A stretch of DNA of 48,640 bases from Clostridia bacterium (lineage in GTDB: Bacteria; Bacillota; Clostridia; Christensenellales; UBA1242), in the NCBI GenBank assembly GCA_045601705.1, contig JAZSAE010000027.1, forward strand, positions 1 to 48,640, written 5' to 3'. The stretch's first letter is position 1; the number at the start of each line of letters is the position of its first letter. A model generated the notes under the pieces. The model ran no database searches and was not told where the DNA came from. It worked only from the letters and a program-made list of their open reading frames with translations. Positions 1-7,848 of the stretch are shown one piece after another. Made by a program: the position numbers and the translations under genes.

Positions 1-296
1 CATTGATACAATTTTTCATAATAATCACTGGCAAAAACAACTTGGTCATATTTAACACCAAGCCAATCTAAATCACGTTTGATACCTTCCACATATTCCA
101 TACTTTCTTTGGCAGGGTTAGTATCGTCAAAACGTAAATTCGCTTTACCATTATACTTACAACGCATACCACAGGAAATGCTAAAAGCTTTTGCATGACC
201 AATATGCAAATAACCATTTGGTTCTGGTGGATAACGCAAGATAATATCTTGTCCACGACTTTGCGCTTTAACTAATCCTTCTTCAATAAAGTTCAT
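1..296 (-). CDS. glnS: Glutaminyl-tRNA synthetase, N-terminal 98 codons (gene runs off the left window edge)
   Basis: Reverse translation from ATG 296-294 gives MNFIEEGLVKAQSRGQDIILRYPPEPNGYLHIGHAKAF...NLRFDDTNPAKE. The PPEPNGYLHIGHAK class I HIGH context and the RFDDTNP block are typical of GlnRS. ATGA overlap with the hflX stop. Absent from the ORF track because it is open at the edge. Confidence 0.85.
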   Translation of the reverse strand, partial: MNFIEEGLVKAQSRGQDIILRYPPEPNGYLHIGHAKAFSISCGMRCKYNGKANLRFDDTNPAKESMEYVEGIKRDLDWLGVKYDQVVFASDYYEKLYQ

Positions 297-1345
297 ATTA
301 AATTGTAAATTTCATTTTTAAGTTTGTCTATTCCAATTTTTTGAATTGCTGAAATTGCAACTGCACCATCGGGAACAACGAAGTCTGGTTTTTTATCAAT
401 TTTATTAAATACTAATAATTGTGGAATTGCGCCAGCACCAATATTTTGTAAAACTTGATTAACTACTGCAATTTGTTTTTCATATTCAGGGTTAGCACAA
501 TCGACAACATGAATCAATAAATTCGCTTCACGAGTTTCATCCAATGTCGCTTCAAAAGCTCGAATAAATTCATGTGGTAAATGATTGATAAAACCGACAG
601 TATCGGTGAGAACAAAATTTTTACCATCTAAATAAATAGCACGTGTTGTTGTATCCAAAGTTGCAAAAAGTTCGTCTTTGGCATAAACACCAGCCTTGGT
701 TAACAAATTAAATAAAGTTGATTTACCACTATTCGTATAACCAACTAAACAAACACGACAACGTTGCGAACGTTGACGAACTGAAATTGTACGAGCTTTT
801 TTAACTTCGGCCAATTTGCGTTCCAAAGCTACAATCTCATCACGAATCAAGCGTTTATCTAATTCTAATTTTTTTTCACCTGGGCCACGCATTCCAACAC
901 CGTTACGCATTTTACTCATCAATCCACTGCTACCAATCAAACGTGGCAAGTTATAACGTAACTGCGCCAATTCAACTTGCAATTTTCCGGCGGCACTTTG
1001 TGCACGAGCAGCAAAGATATCTAAAATAACTTTACTACGGTCCAAAACAGGAACACCCAATGCTTGTTCTAAATTACGGACTTTACTGCCAGATAATTCA
1101 ACATCAAAAACAACAACGTTTGCATTAGTTTCAGCAATCATTGTTTTAATTTCTTCAACCTTACCCGTACCTATATAATAGGTAACATCAATATCTTTAC
1201 GGTTTTGAATCACACGACCAACAGTTTGCAAATTACAGGTCGCACACAATAAAGACAATTCGTCTAAATCATCCACAGAAAAAATTTGGTTGACGCCAAC
1301 GCCAACCAAAATTGCTAAATCAGGTTGTTTCTGATTATTGTGCAT
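293..1345 (-). CDS. hflX: GTPase HflX (short form, 350 aa)
   Basis: HflX N-domain block KLQVELAQLRYNLPRL, P-loop GYTNSGKSTLFN, DTVGF and NKID GTPase motifs. Lacks the usual C-terminal extension. Confidence 0.9.
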   Translation of the reverse strand: MHNNQKQPDLAILVGVGVNQIFSVDDLDELSLLCATCNLQTVGRVIQNRKDIDVTYYIGTGKVEEIKTMIAETNANVVVFDVELSGSKVRNLEQALGVPVLDRSKVILDIFAARAQSAAGKLQVELAQLRYNLPRLIGSSGLMSKMRNGVGMRGPGEKKLELDKRLIRDEIVALERKLAEVKKARTISVRQRSQRCRVCLVGYTNSGKSTLFNLLTKAGVYAKDELFATLDTTTRAIYLDGKNFVLTDTVGFINHLPHEFIRAFEATLDETREANLLIHVVDCANPEYEKQIAVVNQVLQNIGAGAIPQLLVFNKIDKKPDFVVPDGAVAISAIQKIGIDKLKNEIYNLI

Positions 1346-1565
1346 TGCGTTCAGCCGCCGCTTTGGCTTTCTTAGCCTTTACATCGTTTTTTGTTTCGAT
1401 GCGTTTCACGCCGTCATAATAACCACACTCAGGACAAACGATATGTGGGCAAATTTTTGCCTTACATTGTTTACATTCTGTCAACGTCGGTGCAGTTAAT
1501 TTACTATTGTTCGCATTACGCGTATTACGACGTGCTTTCGATACTTTGTGTTTTGGTACTGCCAT
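1335..1565 (-). CDS. rpmF: Ribosomal protein L32 with a Lys/Ala-rich C-terminal tail
   Basis: MAVPKHKVSKARRNTRNAN N-terminus and CxxC...CxxC zinc ribbon (CKQC, CPEC). 11-nt overlap with the hflX start. Confidence 0.9.
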   Translation of the reverse strand: MAVPKHKVSKARRNTRNANNSKLTAPTLTECKQCKAKICPHIVCPECGYYDGVKRIETKNDVKAKKAKAAAERNAQ

Positions 1566-1573
1566 AATGGCGT

Positions 1574-1602
1574 ATTATAACAAATACTACTTGAAATGTA
1601 AA
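1574..1602 (-). promoter_or_regulatory. Predicted rpmF promoter, leaderless geometry
   Basis: Minus strand: TTTACA (1602-1597), 17 nt, TATAAT (1579-1574), 8 nt, ATG at 1565. No Shine-Dalgarno sequence. Confidence 0.5.
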
Positions 1603-1619
1603 GGACTTTAATATATATT
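1591..1619 (+). promoter_or_regulatory. Predicted promoter of the SleB-like gene, leaderless geometry
   Basis: TTGAAA (1591-1596), 17 nt, TATATT (1614-1619), 6 nt, ATG 1626. Its -35 abuts the -35 of the divergent rpmF promoter. Confidence 0.45.
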
Positions 1620-1625
1620 AGTCAA

Positions 1626-2600
1626 ATGGGTTTATTAGATAAGGCAAATGAATACTTAGATTATGCAGAACGTAAGGCCGTAGCGGCCGCAATTTCAGAT
1701 GCTGTTCAAACCAAAAATACAGAACCAGAAACAAAAAATAATACCCAAAAACGTGGTTCAAGAAAACTACGCCACTTGGCAGCCGTATTTACTGTTGGCT
1801 TATTAATGCAATTTACATCACCAACCTGCGTTGGTCGAATTGATACTGCTAACAAAAATTTCAAAAAAACTTTCATTATTTCACAAGACGAACAAAAAGA
1901 ATTAAACATCAACTTCAAAGATGCGACTATTGAAAAAATCCAACCAACGGAAACAGCAAAGCAATTAGCTCGACACTTGCTTTCACCATACTCACAAGCA
2001 GAGATTGAAGCTTTTGCTCGTTTAATTTACGGTGAAGCAGGACGTGGCGCAGATGCGTTTGAGGTCGCACATACAGTCGGCAACCGTTATGCGTCAGGTC
2101 GCTTTGGTGAAACATTGATGGATGTGATTACTGCCGAAAATCAATATGTTGGCTATCGCGCATCAAATAAATTAACAAAAAAACATTATTCGACAGCCTG
2201 TATTATGCTCGCCGACCAAGTTGCTTTACTAAACTACGGCAAAACATTAAAAGAATTACTTATACAGATTCAAAACGAAAATAATCCCGAAATAGTTAAC
2301 TCAATTCTTAATAAAGAACTTAACAAAAAAATGATTAAAGTTAAAGAATGTCCACACTACTATTTCCACCTAGGCAAACAGGGTCATTACAACCTCTTTG
2401 AAAAAAGCCCCAAAGTACAAGTGAAAAATGCAAAACAAAAGGAAAACAATTACGATTACAATTGCGATTGGGTTGATTACAAAGACAAAGTCTATGCCGA
2501 AAAAGAAACCTATTGCAACGAAGCAAATCGCCAATACGCAGAATATATGGAAGACCCAAAAGTTTATCACGCAATTTTTGATTGTGAAAAATTACAATAA
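1626..2600 (+). CDS. SleB/CwlJ-family (Hydrolase_2) cell wall hydrolase domain protein with one TM segment
   Basis: ARLIYGEAGRGADAFEVAHTVGNRYASGRFGETLMDVITAENQYVGY matches the Hydrolase_2 core pattern (EA..e....AVa.V..NR......F......V......qf). Hydrophobic segment LAAVFTVGLLMQF. Confidence 0.7.
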   Translation: MGLLDKANEYLDYAERKAVAAAISDAVQTKNTEPETKNNTQKRGSRKLRHLAAVFTVGLLMQFTSPTCVGRIDTANKNFKKTFIISQDEQKELNINFKDATIEKIQPTETAKQLARHLLSPYSQAEIEAFARLIYGEAGRGADAFEVAHTVGNRYASGRFGETLMDVITAENQYVGYRASNKLTKKHYSTACIMLADQVALLNYGKTLKELLIQIQNENNPEIVNSILNKELNKKMIKVKECPHYYFHLGKQGHYNLFEKSPKVQVKNAKQKENNYDYNCDWVDYKDKVYAEKETYCNEANRQYAEYMEDPKVYHAIFDCEKLQ

Positions 2601-2606
2601 TTAGTT

Positions 2607-3638
2607 TTACTTTTGCAAAAGCTTTTCGCATTCCAAAGCAATCATCAATTCTTCATTAGTTGGAATAATCATTTTTTGACAGTTTGGTAAGAATTCGAAA
2701 TGAGCCATAACACGTTCCGAAACAAATTTACGGTGCACACCGATACCCCCAGTCCAAACAATCGCATCACAACCTTTCATTTGTGCAACGTAGCCACCGA
2801 TATATTGAATTAAGCGATGAATGAAAACATCAATCGCAATTTTTACACGTTCATTAGTTGCAATCGCAGGTTCAAGGTCACGCATATCCGAAGATAAACC
2901 AGACAAGCCTTTTAGACCGGAAGATTTATTTAAATAGGTAATGGCTTCGTCAATCGTAAAATTATGTTGTTGACAAAGTACACTCAAAGCCGCAGGGTCA
3001 ATATCACCCGAACGTGTACCCATTACCAAACCAGCCAACGGCGTCATTCCCATACTGGTATCAATACATTTTCCATTTTGAACAGCACAAATACTTGCAC
3101 CATTACCGATATGACAAGTAATAATTTTCAAATCTTGCAAAGGACGACCTAACTGTTCTGCCGCCTGCATTGCTACATAGTGATGACTGGTACCGTGGAA
3201 ACCATATTTACGAATACCATACTTTTCATAATCCTCATAAGGAACACCATAAAGGTATGCACCAGGTTCCATTGTACTGTGGAAAGCAGTATCAAAAACC
3301 AAGAAGTTTGGCAGTTCCGGCATTTGTTGACGGCAAGCACGTACTCCAGCCATTGACGCTGGATTGTGCAATGGTGCTAAAAACTCAATACGGTCCATTT
3401 CAGCTAAAACTTCATCATCCACCAAAACGGTGTGTTGGAATTTCTCGCCACCGTGCACAACACGATGCCCCACTGCTTTAATTTCGGTTAAATCGACTTT
3501 TTGCAAAATTTCCTGTATCGCTGCTGCATGATCAGTAACTCTTTGGATATCATCATCCACAATTTTTTCTTTGGTGGTAGTTTCAATAACTTGGTACTTA
3601 ACCGAACTGCTACCACAATTTAGTACTAAAATTTTCAT
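2607..3638 (-). CDS. ackA: Acetate kinase (compact, 343 aa)
   Basis: MKILVLNCGSSSVKYQ, VGHRVVHGG, FDTAFH, GFHGTSH, IPTNEE motifs. Start moved from the track start (3725) to ATG 3638, the conserved N-terminus. Confidence 0.92.
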   Translation of the reverse strand: MKILVLNCGSSSVKYQVIETTTKEKIVDDDIQRVTDHAAAIQEILQKVDLTEIKAVGHRVVHGGEKFQHTVLVDDEVLAEMDRIEFLAPLHNPASMAGVRACRQQMPELPNFLVFDTAFHSTMEPGAYLYGVPYEDYEKYGIRKYGFHGTSHHYVAMQAAEQLGRPLQDLKIITCHIGNGASICAVQNGKCIDTSMGMTPLAGLVMGTRSGDIDPAALSVLCQQHNFTIDEAITYLNKSSGLKGLSGLSSDMRDLEPAIATNERVKIAIDVFIHRLIQYIGGYVAQMKGCDAIVWTGGIGVHRKFVSERVMAHFEFLPNCQKMIIPTNEELMIALECEKLLQK

Positions 3639-3644
3639 ATAATG

Positions 3645-3674
3645 ATTGTAGCATAAATTTTTTTTGTGGTATAA
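3645..3674 (-). promoter_or_regulatory. Predicted ackA promoter, leaderless geometry
   Basis: Minus strand: TTATAC (3674-3669), 18 nt, TACAAT (3650-3645), 6 nt, ATG 3638. Confidence 0.45.
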
Positions 3675-3675
3675 T
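3646..3675 (+). promoter_or_regulatory. Predicted tmcAL promoter, extended -10, leaderless geometry
   Basis: TTGTAG (3646-3651), 18 nt, TGgTATAAT (3667-3675), 6 nt, ATG 3682. Confidence 0.5.
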
Positions 3676-3681
3676 AGTTTA

Positions 3682-4944
3682 ATGAAGATTGCTGTGATTA
3701 TTGCCGAGTTTAATCCATTACACAAGGGACATGAATATTTAATTCAGCAAACACGTGCGTTAACCGACTGTACGCATATTATTGTTGTGCAAACAGGTAA
3801 CTTCACACAACGTGGCGAACCTGCCATTATTGAAAAACACTTACGTGCACAAAGTGCTGTAATGTGTGGCATTGACGCCGTGATTGAAATGCCAACAGCT
3901 TTCGCAACAAGCAATGCCGAAGTTTATGCTAAAGCTGGTGTACAATTAGCTAACGTAATTCCACATGCCAGTTATCTAGTCTTTGGTGTAGAAGATAACA
4001 ATATGGCAATTCTCAAAGAAATTGCCTACGTTAAATTAAAACAAAGTCGTGAATACGAAAAATACATCAAAATTCACTTAAAAGCAGGTTTGAACTACGT
4101 AGCTGCTCAAGGTGAAGTAATAAAAAAATTATTGCCTAAAATTCCACCAGCTGTCATTACTCGTATTTTAAGTGGTACAAATAATATTTTAGCAATTGAA
4201 TATTTACGTGAATTATATCGTTTAAACAGCAATATTCAACCCATTGCTGTAACTCGTTTCAAAAAAGGCAAACAAGAAACTAATACAACAGCATTAGCAA
4301 TTCGTGACGCTTATTACGCAAATAATCGTTCATTTGAAGACCATATTCCAACACAAGTACTTCCTTTTATTATGGACTCAATTGAAAAGCACCCAATCAA
4401 AGAAATGTTTGAATCAACAATCTTGTTTAATACTTTAAATGAACTTGATGTCAAACAAACCAACGATGTAACTCCTGACATCGCAAATATGTTCCGTACT
4501 CGTCGTCCTGTTACTTACCAACAATTAACAACAACAAAACCAAATAACAGTTATTCAGCAAAACACGTTAAACGGGTAGCTTTACACGCAACTTTAGGCG
4601 TTACACAAAAAGACATCAATTTTATTTATCAACACAACTATCTCCCCTACACAAACTTATTAGCCATTCGTAGCGATGCTCATGAATTATTTAACGAGCT
4701 AACGTCAATTCGTCACACACCGGTGGTTACCCACGGTAACCGTAATCGTCCAGTCATGAACAAATACTGTTTGCGTTTGCGTCAGATTGACCAACGAGCA
4801 AACACACTTTACGAAATTTCTTGCAAGCAAAGATTCTCACAACAACCACTTTACATTAACACACAATCCCAACCGGTTGAACCAATCATCAGCGACGAGC
4901 CAATACAAACGCCAACTGACACAACAGACGACACCGATATTTAA
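3682..4944 (+). CDS. tmcAL: tRNA(Met) cytidine acetate ligase-like nucleotidyltransferase (YlbM/UPF0348 family)
   Basis: MKIAVIIAEFNPLHKGHEYL N-terminus (HxGH nucleotidyltransferase motif). About 420 aa, as for B. subtilis YlbM. Confidence 0.75.
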   Translation: MKIAVIIAEFNPLHKGHEYLIQQTRALTDCTHIIVVQTGNFTQRGEPAIIEKHLRAQSAVMCGIDAVIEMPTAFATSNAEVYAKAGVQLANVIPHASYLVFGVEDNNMAILKEIAYVKLKQSREYEKYIKIHLKAGLNYVAAQGEVIKKLLPKIPPAVITRILSGTNNILAIEYLRELYRLNSNIQPIAVTRFKKGKQETNTTALAIRDAYYANNRSFEDHIPTQVLPFIMDSIEKHPIKEMFESTILFNTLNELDVKQTNDVTPDIANMFRTRRPVTYQQLTTTKPNNSYSAKHVKRVALHATLGVTQKDINFIYQHNYLPYTNLLAIRSDAHELFNELTSIRHTPVVTHGNRNRPVMNKYCLRLRQIDQRANTLYEISCKQRFSQQPLYINTQSQPVEPIISDEPIQTPTDTTDDTDI

Positions 4945-4952
4945 TCTTTCAC

Positions 4953-4988
4953 AAAAAAAAAAAAAAACACCGAAGTTGGTGTGTTTTT
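4953..4988. terminator. Bidirectional intrinsic terminator between convergent tmcAL and plsC-nudix
   Basis: A15 run (4953-4967), hairpin ACACC-gaagtt-GGTGT (4967-4982), then a T-run. Confidence 0.6.
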
Positions 4989-5005
4989 ATTGTCGAGAAG
5001 TTCCT

Positions 5006-6091
5006 TTATAATTTACGTAACGGGAATGGTAAACGTTCACCCTTTTTGTGATAGTCTTTTAGTAATTGTTTTTTAACGAAGGACGGACGCAAATCAACTT
5101 TGGCGACTTCGTCAAGATTTAACCAAACTGGTTTATAGAGTCCACCTTTACGTTCAGGGTCAGTGTATTCTTCGGCATCGGTAATTTGTGGTTCACCACT
5201 TTGATATTCGCAAACCATAAAACTTTGCCAACCATCGCCACGGTGATGTTTATGATCTTCGTACCAAAATTTATACAACTCACGGAACGGACGTGCCACC
5301 ACACTGGTTTCTTCTAAAACTTCACGAGCACAAGCTTCGGACAAAGTTTCGCCTGGGTCAACGTGTCCACCAGGGAAAACGTAGTATTCACTGTTATCAC
5401 GGACACGATGAATCGCTAATAATTTATTATCGTGAATGACAATACCACGTCCAATAATACTCGGTTCTTTTTGCCACGCTTTCATTTTTGGTGGTTTACT
5501 GAAACCAACTAATAGTTGCTGCATTTGATATTGTACTCGGTCGCCTAAACGATTGATACCATCTTTTGTCATTCGACCATCTTGTAAATATTCAGTTACA
5601 TCAATCGCTGTGCCAACTTTAATCCGTGTTAAACGGAACATACGCATTGGTCGGTCGGTTACCACAGGGATAATTGGCACACCACTACGCAATGCTACCA
5701 TCGCAACACCATTTTGAATTTTTAATTTATCTTCGGCGTTAAATGAACGATGACCTTCAGGCATTACAGCCAACAAACCATTTTTTTGCAAAACTTTTTG
5801 ACTATCACGCATCAATGCTAATTCAGCATCACTCTTTACAGGTATACAACCTAAACTTTTAAAAAACCAACGACCAAAGCTTTTTTTGAAAAGTTCCCCT
5901 TTACTCCAAAAGTAGGTTTTGCGCCAAACATCAATTACCAATAATGGACCATCAAAAGCGCTACGGTGATTCATCGCCAAAATCACAGGTTTACCATGAT
6001 ATTTACGTAGTTCTTTTTTGTTAATCCATTTTGTCCAAAATAATAACTTAAACGGAATGTAGCAAATCAGCTTTAATAAAAATCTTAACAT
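5006..6091 (-). CDS. Fusion protein: 1-acyl-sn-glycerol-3-phosphate acyltransferase (PlsC-like) N-domain plus Nudix hydrolase C-domain
   Basis: Acyltransferase motifs NHRSAFD (HX4D) and MPEGHRS. C-terminal Nudix box G-HVDPG-E-TLSEACA-RE-V-L-EE-T-S. Confidence 0.85.
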   Translation of the reverse strand: MLRFLLKLICYIPFKLLFWTKWINKKELRKYHGKPVILAMNHRSAFDGPLLVIDVWRKTYFWSKGELFKKSFGRWFFKSLGCIPVKSDAELALMRDSQKVLQKNGLLAVMPEGHRSFNAEDKLKIQNGVAMVALRSGVPIIPVVTDRPMRMFRLTRIKVGTAIDVTEYLQDGRMTKDGINRLGDRVQYQMQQLLVGFSKPPKMKAWQKEPSIIGRGIVIHDNKLLAIHRVRDNSEYYVFPGGHVDPGETLSEACAREVLEETSVVARPFRELYKFWYEDHKHHRGDGWQSFMVCEYQSGEPQITDAEEYTDPERKGGLYKPVWLNLDEVAKVDLRPSFVKKQLLKDYHKKGERLPFPLRKL

Positions 6092-6095
6092 ATTT

Positions 6096-6719
6096 TTATT
6101 TTAATATAATAGATAACATTTCGTCCACCACTTCATCAGCCTGACGATCTGTGGTATCAAATTCAATAGCATCGGCAACTTTTACTAACGGAGCAACTTC
6201 ACGTTCCATATCCAAACGGTCACGTTCAGTTGTTAAACGCAATACTTCTTCGTAAGTAATCTTTTCGCCTTTTTGTAAAAAGTCATTCAAACGACGACGA
6301 GCACGTTCTTCCAAACTAGCTGTAATGTAAAATTTAAAATCAGCATTTGGGAAAGCAACCGAAGTTGTTTCGCGACCTTCAACAACCAAACTTTGTTGAT
6401 GCGCTGTCTTATGTTGAATTTCGTGAACACGGTCTTGCACAGCAGGGTTTAAAGCCACTACTGGCACATGTGCACCAACTTCTACCGTGCGAATTTGTTG
6501 TGTAATATCTTCACCGTCCAAAGAGACTAATGTTTGTTTATCTGCACCACACTGCACTTCGATTTGGCTGGTACGATAATCCAAACCACGCAAATCACAA
6601 ACAGCAATCGCACGATAAATTGCTCCCGTATCTAAACATAAAATGTTTAATTTTTTTGCCAACTTTTTGGCGATTGTTCCCTTTCCACTAGCTGCTGGTC
6701 CATCAATTGCAATAATCAT
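6096..6719 (-). CDS. cmk: Cytidylate kinase
   Basis: MIIAIDGPAASGKGTIAKKLA P-loop N-terminus and cmk-like length. Start trimmed to ATG 6719. Confidence 0.9.
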   Translation of the reverse strand: MIIAIDGPAASGKGTIAKKLAKKLNILCLDTGAIYRAIAVCDLRGLDYRTSQIEVQCGADKQTLVSLDGEDITQQIRTVEVGAHVPVVALNPAVQDRVHEIQHKTAHQQSLVVEGRETTSVAFPNADFKFYITASLEERARRRLNDFLQKGEKITYEEVLRLTTERDRLDMEREVAPLVKVADAIEFDTTDRQADEVVDEMLSIILK

Positions 6720-6807
6720 TCTAGAATTAACTGTAACACGAAGCATATTTTTTGTAAAAGCAAATTATCAACTTGTAATGCAAACCAAAGCGTGATAACA
6801 TAAAAAT

Positions 6808-7137
6808 GTTAATCAGGCGCTTGCTGTTCGTTAGACGAACAGAGGAAAGTCTGGGCATCAAATGGCATCATGCAAGCTAACGGCTTGTCGCGGCGACGTG
6901 AAGGACAGTGCAACAGAAAACAAACCACCCAAGTAATTGGGTAAGGGTGAAAAGGTGGAGTAAGAGCCCACCGCACTGCAGGTGACTGTGGTGGCAATGT
7001 AAACCCCATGAGATGCAAGGTTAGAGGTTGAGATTTAATGGCGGCCAGTCAACTCGACCCATACACCGCGTGAGCATATCGGTGACGGTATGCCAAGATA
7101 GATAAGCGCCCTCGACATAACCCAGCTTACGATTAAC
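6808..7137 (+). ncRNA. rnpB: RNase P RNA (bacterial, type A-like)
   Basis: Conserved blocks on the plus strand: GAGGAAAGTCTGGGC (6842-6856), CAGTGCAACAGAAAACAAACCACC, GGTAAGGGTGAAAAGGTGGAGTAAGAGCCCACC, ACATAACCCAGCTTAC. P1 pairing GTTAATC (6808-6814) with GATTAAC (7131-7137). Confidence 0.9.
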
Positions 7138-7140
7138 TAA

Positions 7141-7163
7141 AAAGACCCGTACGGGTTTTTTTA
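7141..7163 (+). terminator. Intrinsic terminator after rnpB
   Basis: Palindrome ACCCGTACGGGT (7145-7156) followed by T7. Confidence 0.65.
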
Positions 7164-7199
7164 TTGCACTTTTTTTAATACAAAACAATAAACTGACGT

Positions 7200-7376
7200 A
7201 TGAAGCAACCCACCACCATCATTGTACGTACTTCACCCGATGCATTAGTAAAAATTTATGATGAAACACGAGATGAAGTTATTTACATAGATAACACAGA
7301 TGATGACAACCAAACTGCACCTGTTACTTTGCCACAAGGTGGAAACTATTATATAGATGTTACAATCTTTAAATAA
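7200..7376 (+). CDS. Hypothetical small protein (58 aa, below the ORF-track cutoff)
   Basis: ATG 7200 to TAA 7374-7376 gives MKQPTTIIVRTSPDALVKIYDETRDEVIYIDNTDDDNQTAPVTLPQGGNYYIDVTIFK. Protein-like composition, same strand as the next gene. No homology recognised. Confidence 0.4.
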   Translation: MKQPTTIIVRTSPDALVKIYDETRDEVIYIDNTDDDNQTAPVTLPQGGNYYIDVTIFK

Positions 7377-7381
7377 ACTAA

Positions 7382-7410
7382 TTGGACATAAAATGTAATT
7401 ATAGTATGCT
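7382..7410 (+). promoter_or_regulatory. Predicted promoter, leaderless geometry
   Basis: TTGGAC (7382-7387), 17 nt, TATGCT (7405-7410), 6 nt, ATG 7417. Confidence 0.4.
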
Positions 7411-7416
7411 GGGTTT

Positions 7417-7848
7417 ATGTCGTGTCGCAAACTCGTTTTGAATATTTTGATTTTTGTTGTTTGTGGTGCAGTTGCCATAACAATTCCTGTGCTAGTAAAT
7501 CATTTATCGCAACCATCAGTTTCTGCTAACAACAACACACCAACAACGAACAATAGTATTTTAGTTAGTGAATTTGTCGGCGATGATTACCGTTTAACTG
7601 ATAGTTGTGTGGTATGGCAAGTCTATTTAAAAAGTGGTGCAACCGTGGTTGCAACATGGGACGAAATTTATGTAGCACTCAGTCAACATAATCCATTGGT
7701 TTACGATACCGAACATTTAGAATTAACACCTTATGGTTTATGTTACCGTGGACTTCAAACTCAAGAAGACTATGATAAATTATACAACACTGGATACACG
7801 AGTTCTGTGACTTATCAAGGTAAAACTTGTTTATTAAATTTGTATTAA
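7417..7848 (+). CDS. Hypothetical membrane-anchored/secreted protein
   Basis: N-terminal hydrophobic segment LVLNILIFVVCGAVAITIPVLV followed by a soluble domain. No recognised family. Confidence 0.6.
   Translation: MSCRKLVLNILIFVVCGAVAITIPVLVNHLSQPSVSANNNTPTTNNSILVSEFVGDDYRLTDSCVVWQVYLKSGATVVATWDEIYVALSQHNPLVYDTEHLELTPYGLCYRGLQTQEDYDKLYNTGYTSSVTYQGKTCLLNLY

Noticed and set aside
2607-3725. Long version of ackA, and other long starts at 6746, 16100, 18663, 22636, 24424, 30066, 31026, 32980, 35148 and 38526
   Set aside because: The extra N-terminal residues are not homologous to the family N-termini, often begin at TTG or GTG, and overlap promoters or neighbouring genes. Internal ATGs match conserved N-termini and/or the recurrent promoter geometry.
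4953-4967. A15 tract as a phase-variable element
   Set aside because: It is intergenic and directly flanks a hairpin. On the minus strand it is simply the U-tract of the terminator for the PlsC-Nudix gene. No promoter or coding frame depends on its length.
6809-7018. 69-aa minus-strand ORF
   Set aside because: It lies entirely antisense within the RNase P RNA gene. It has no SD and an implausible composition.
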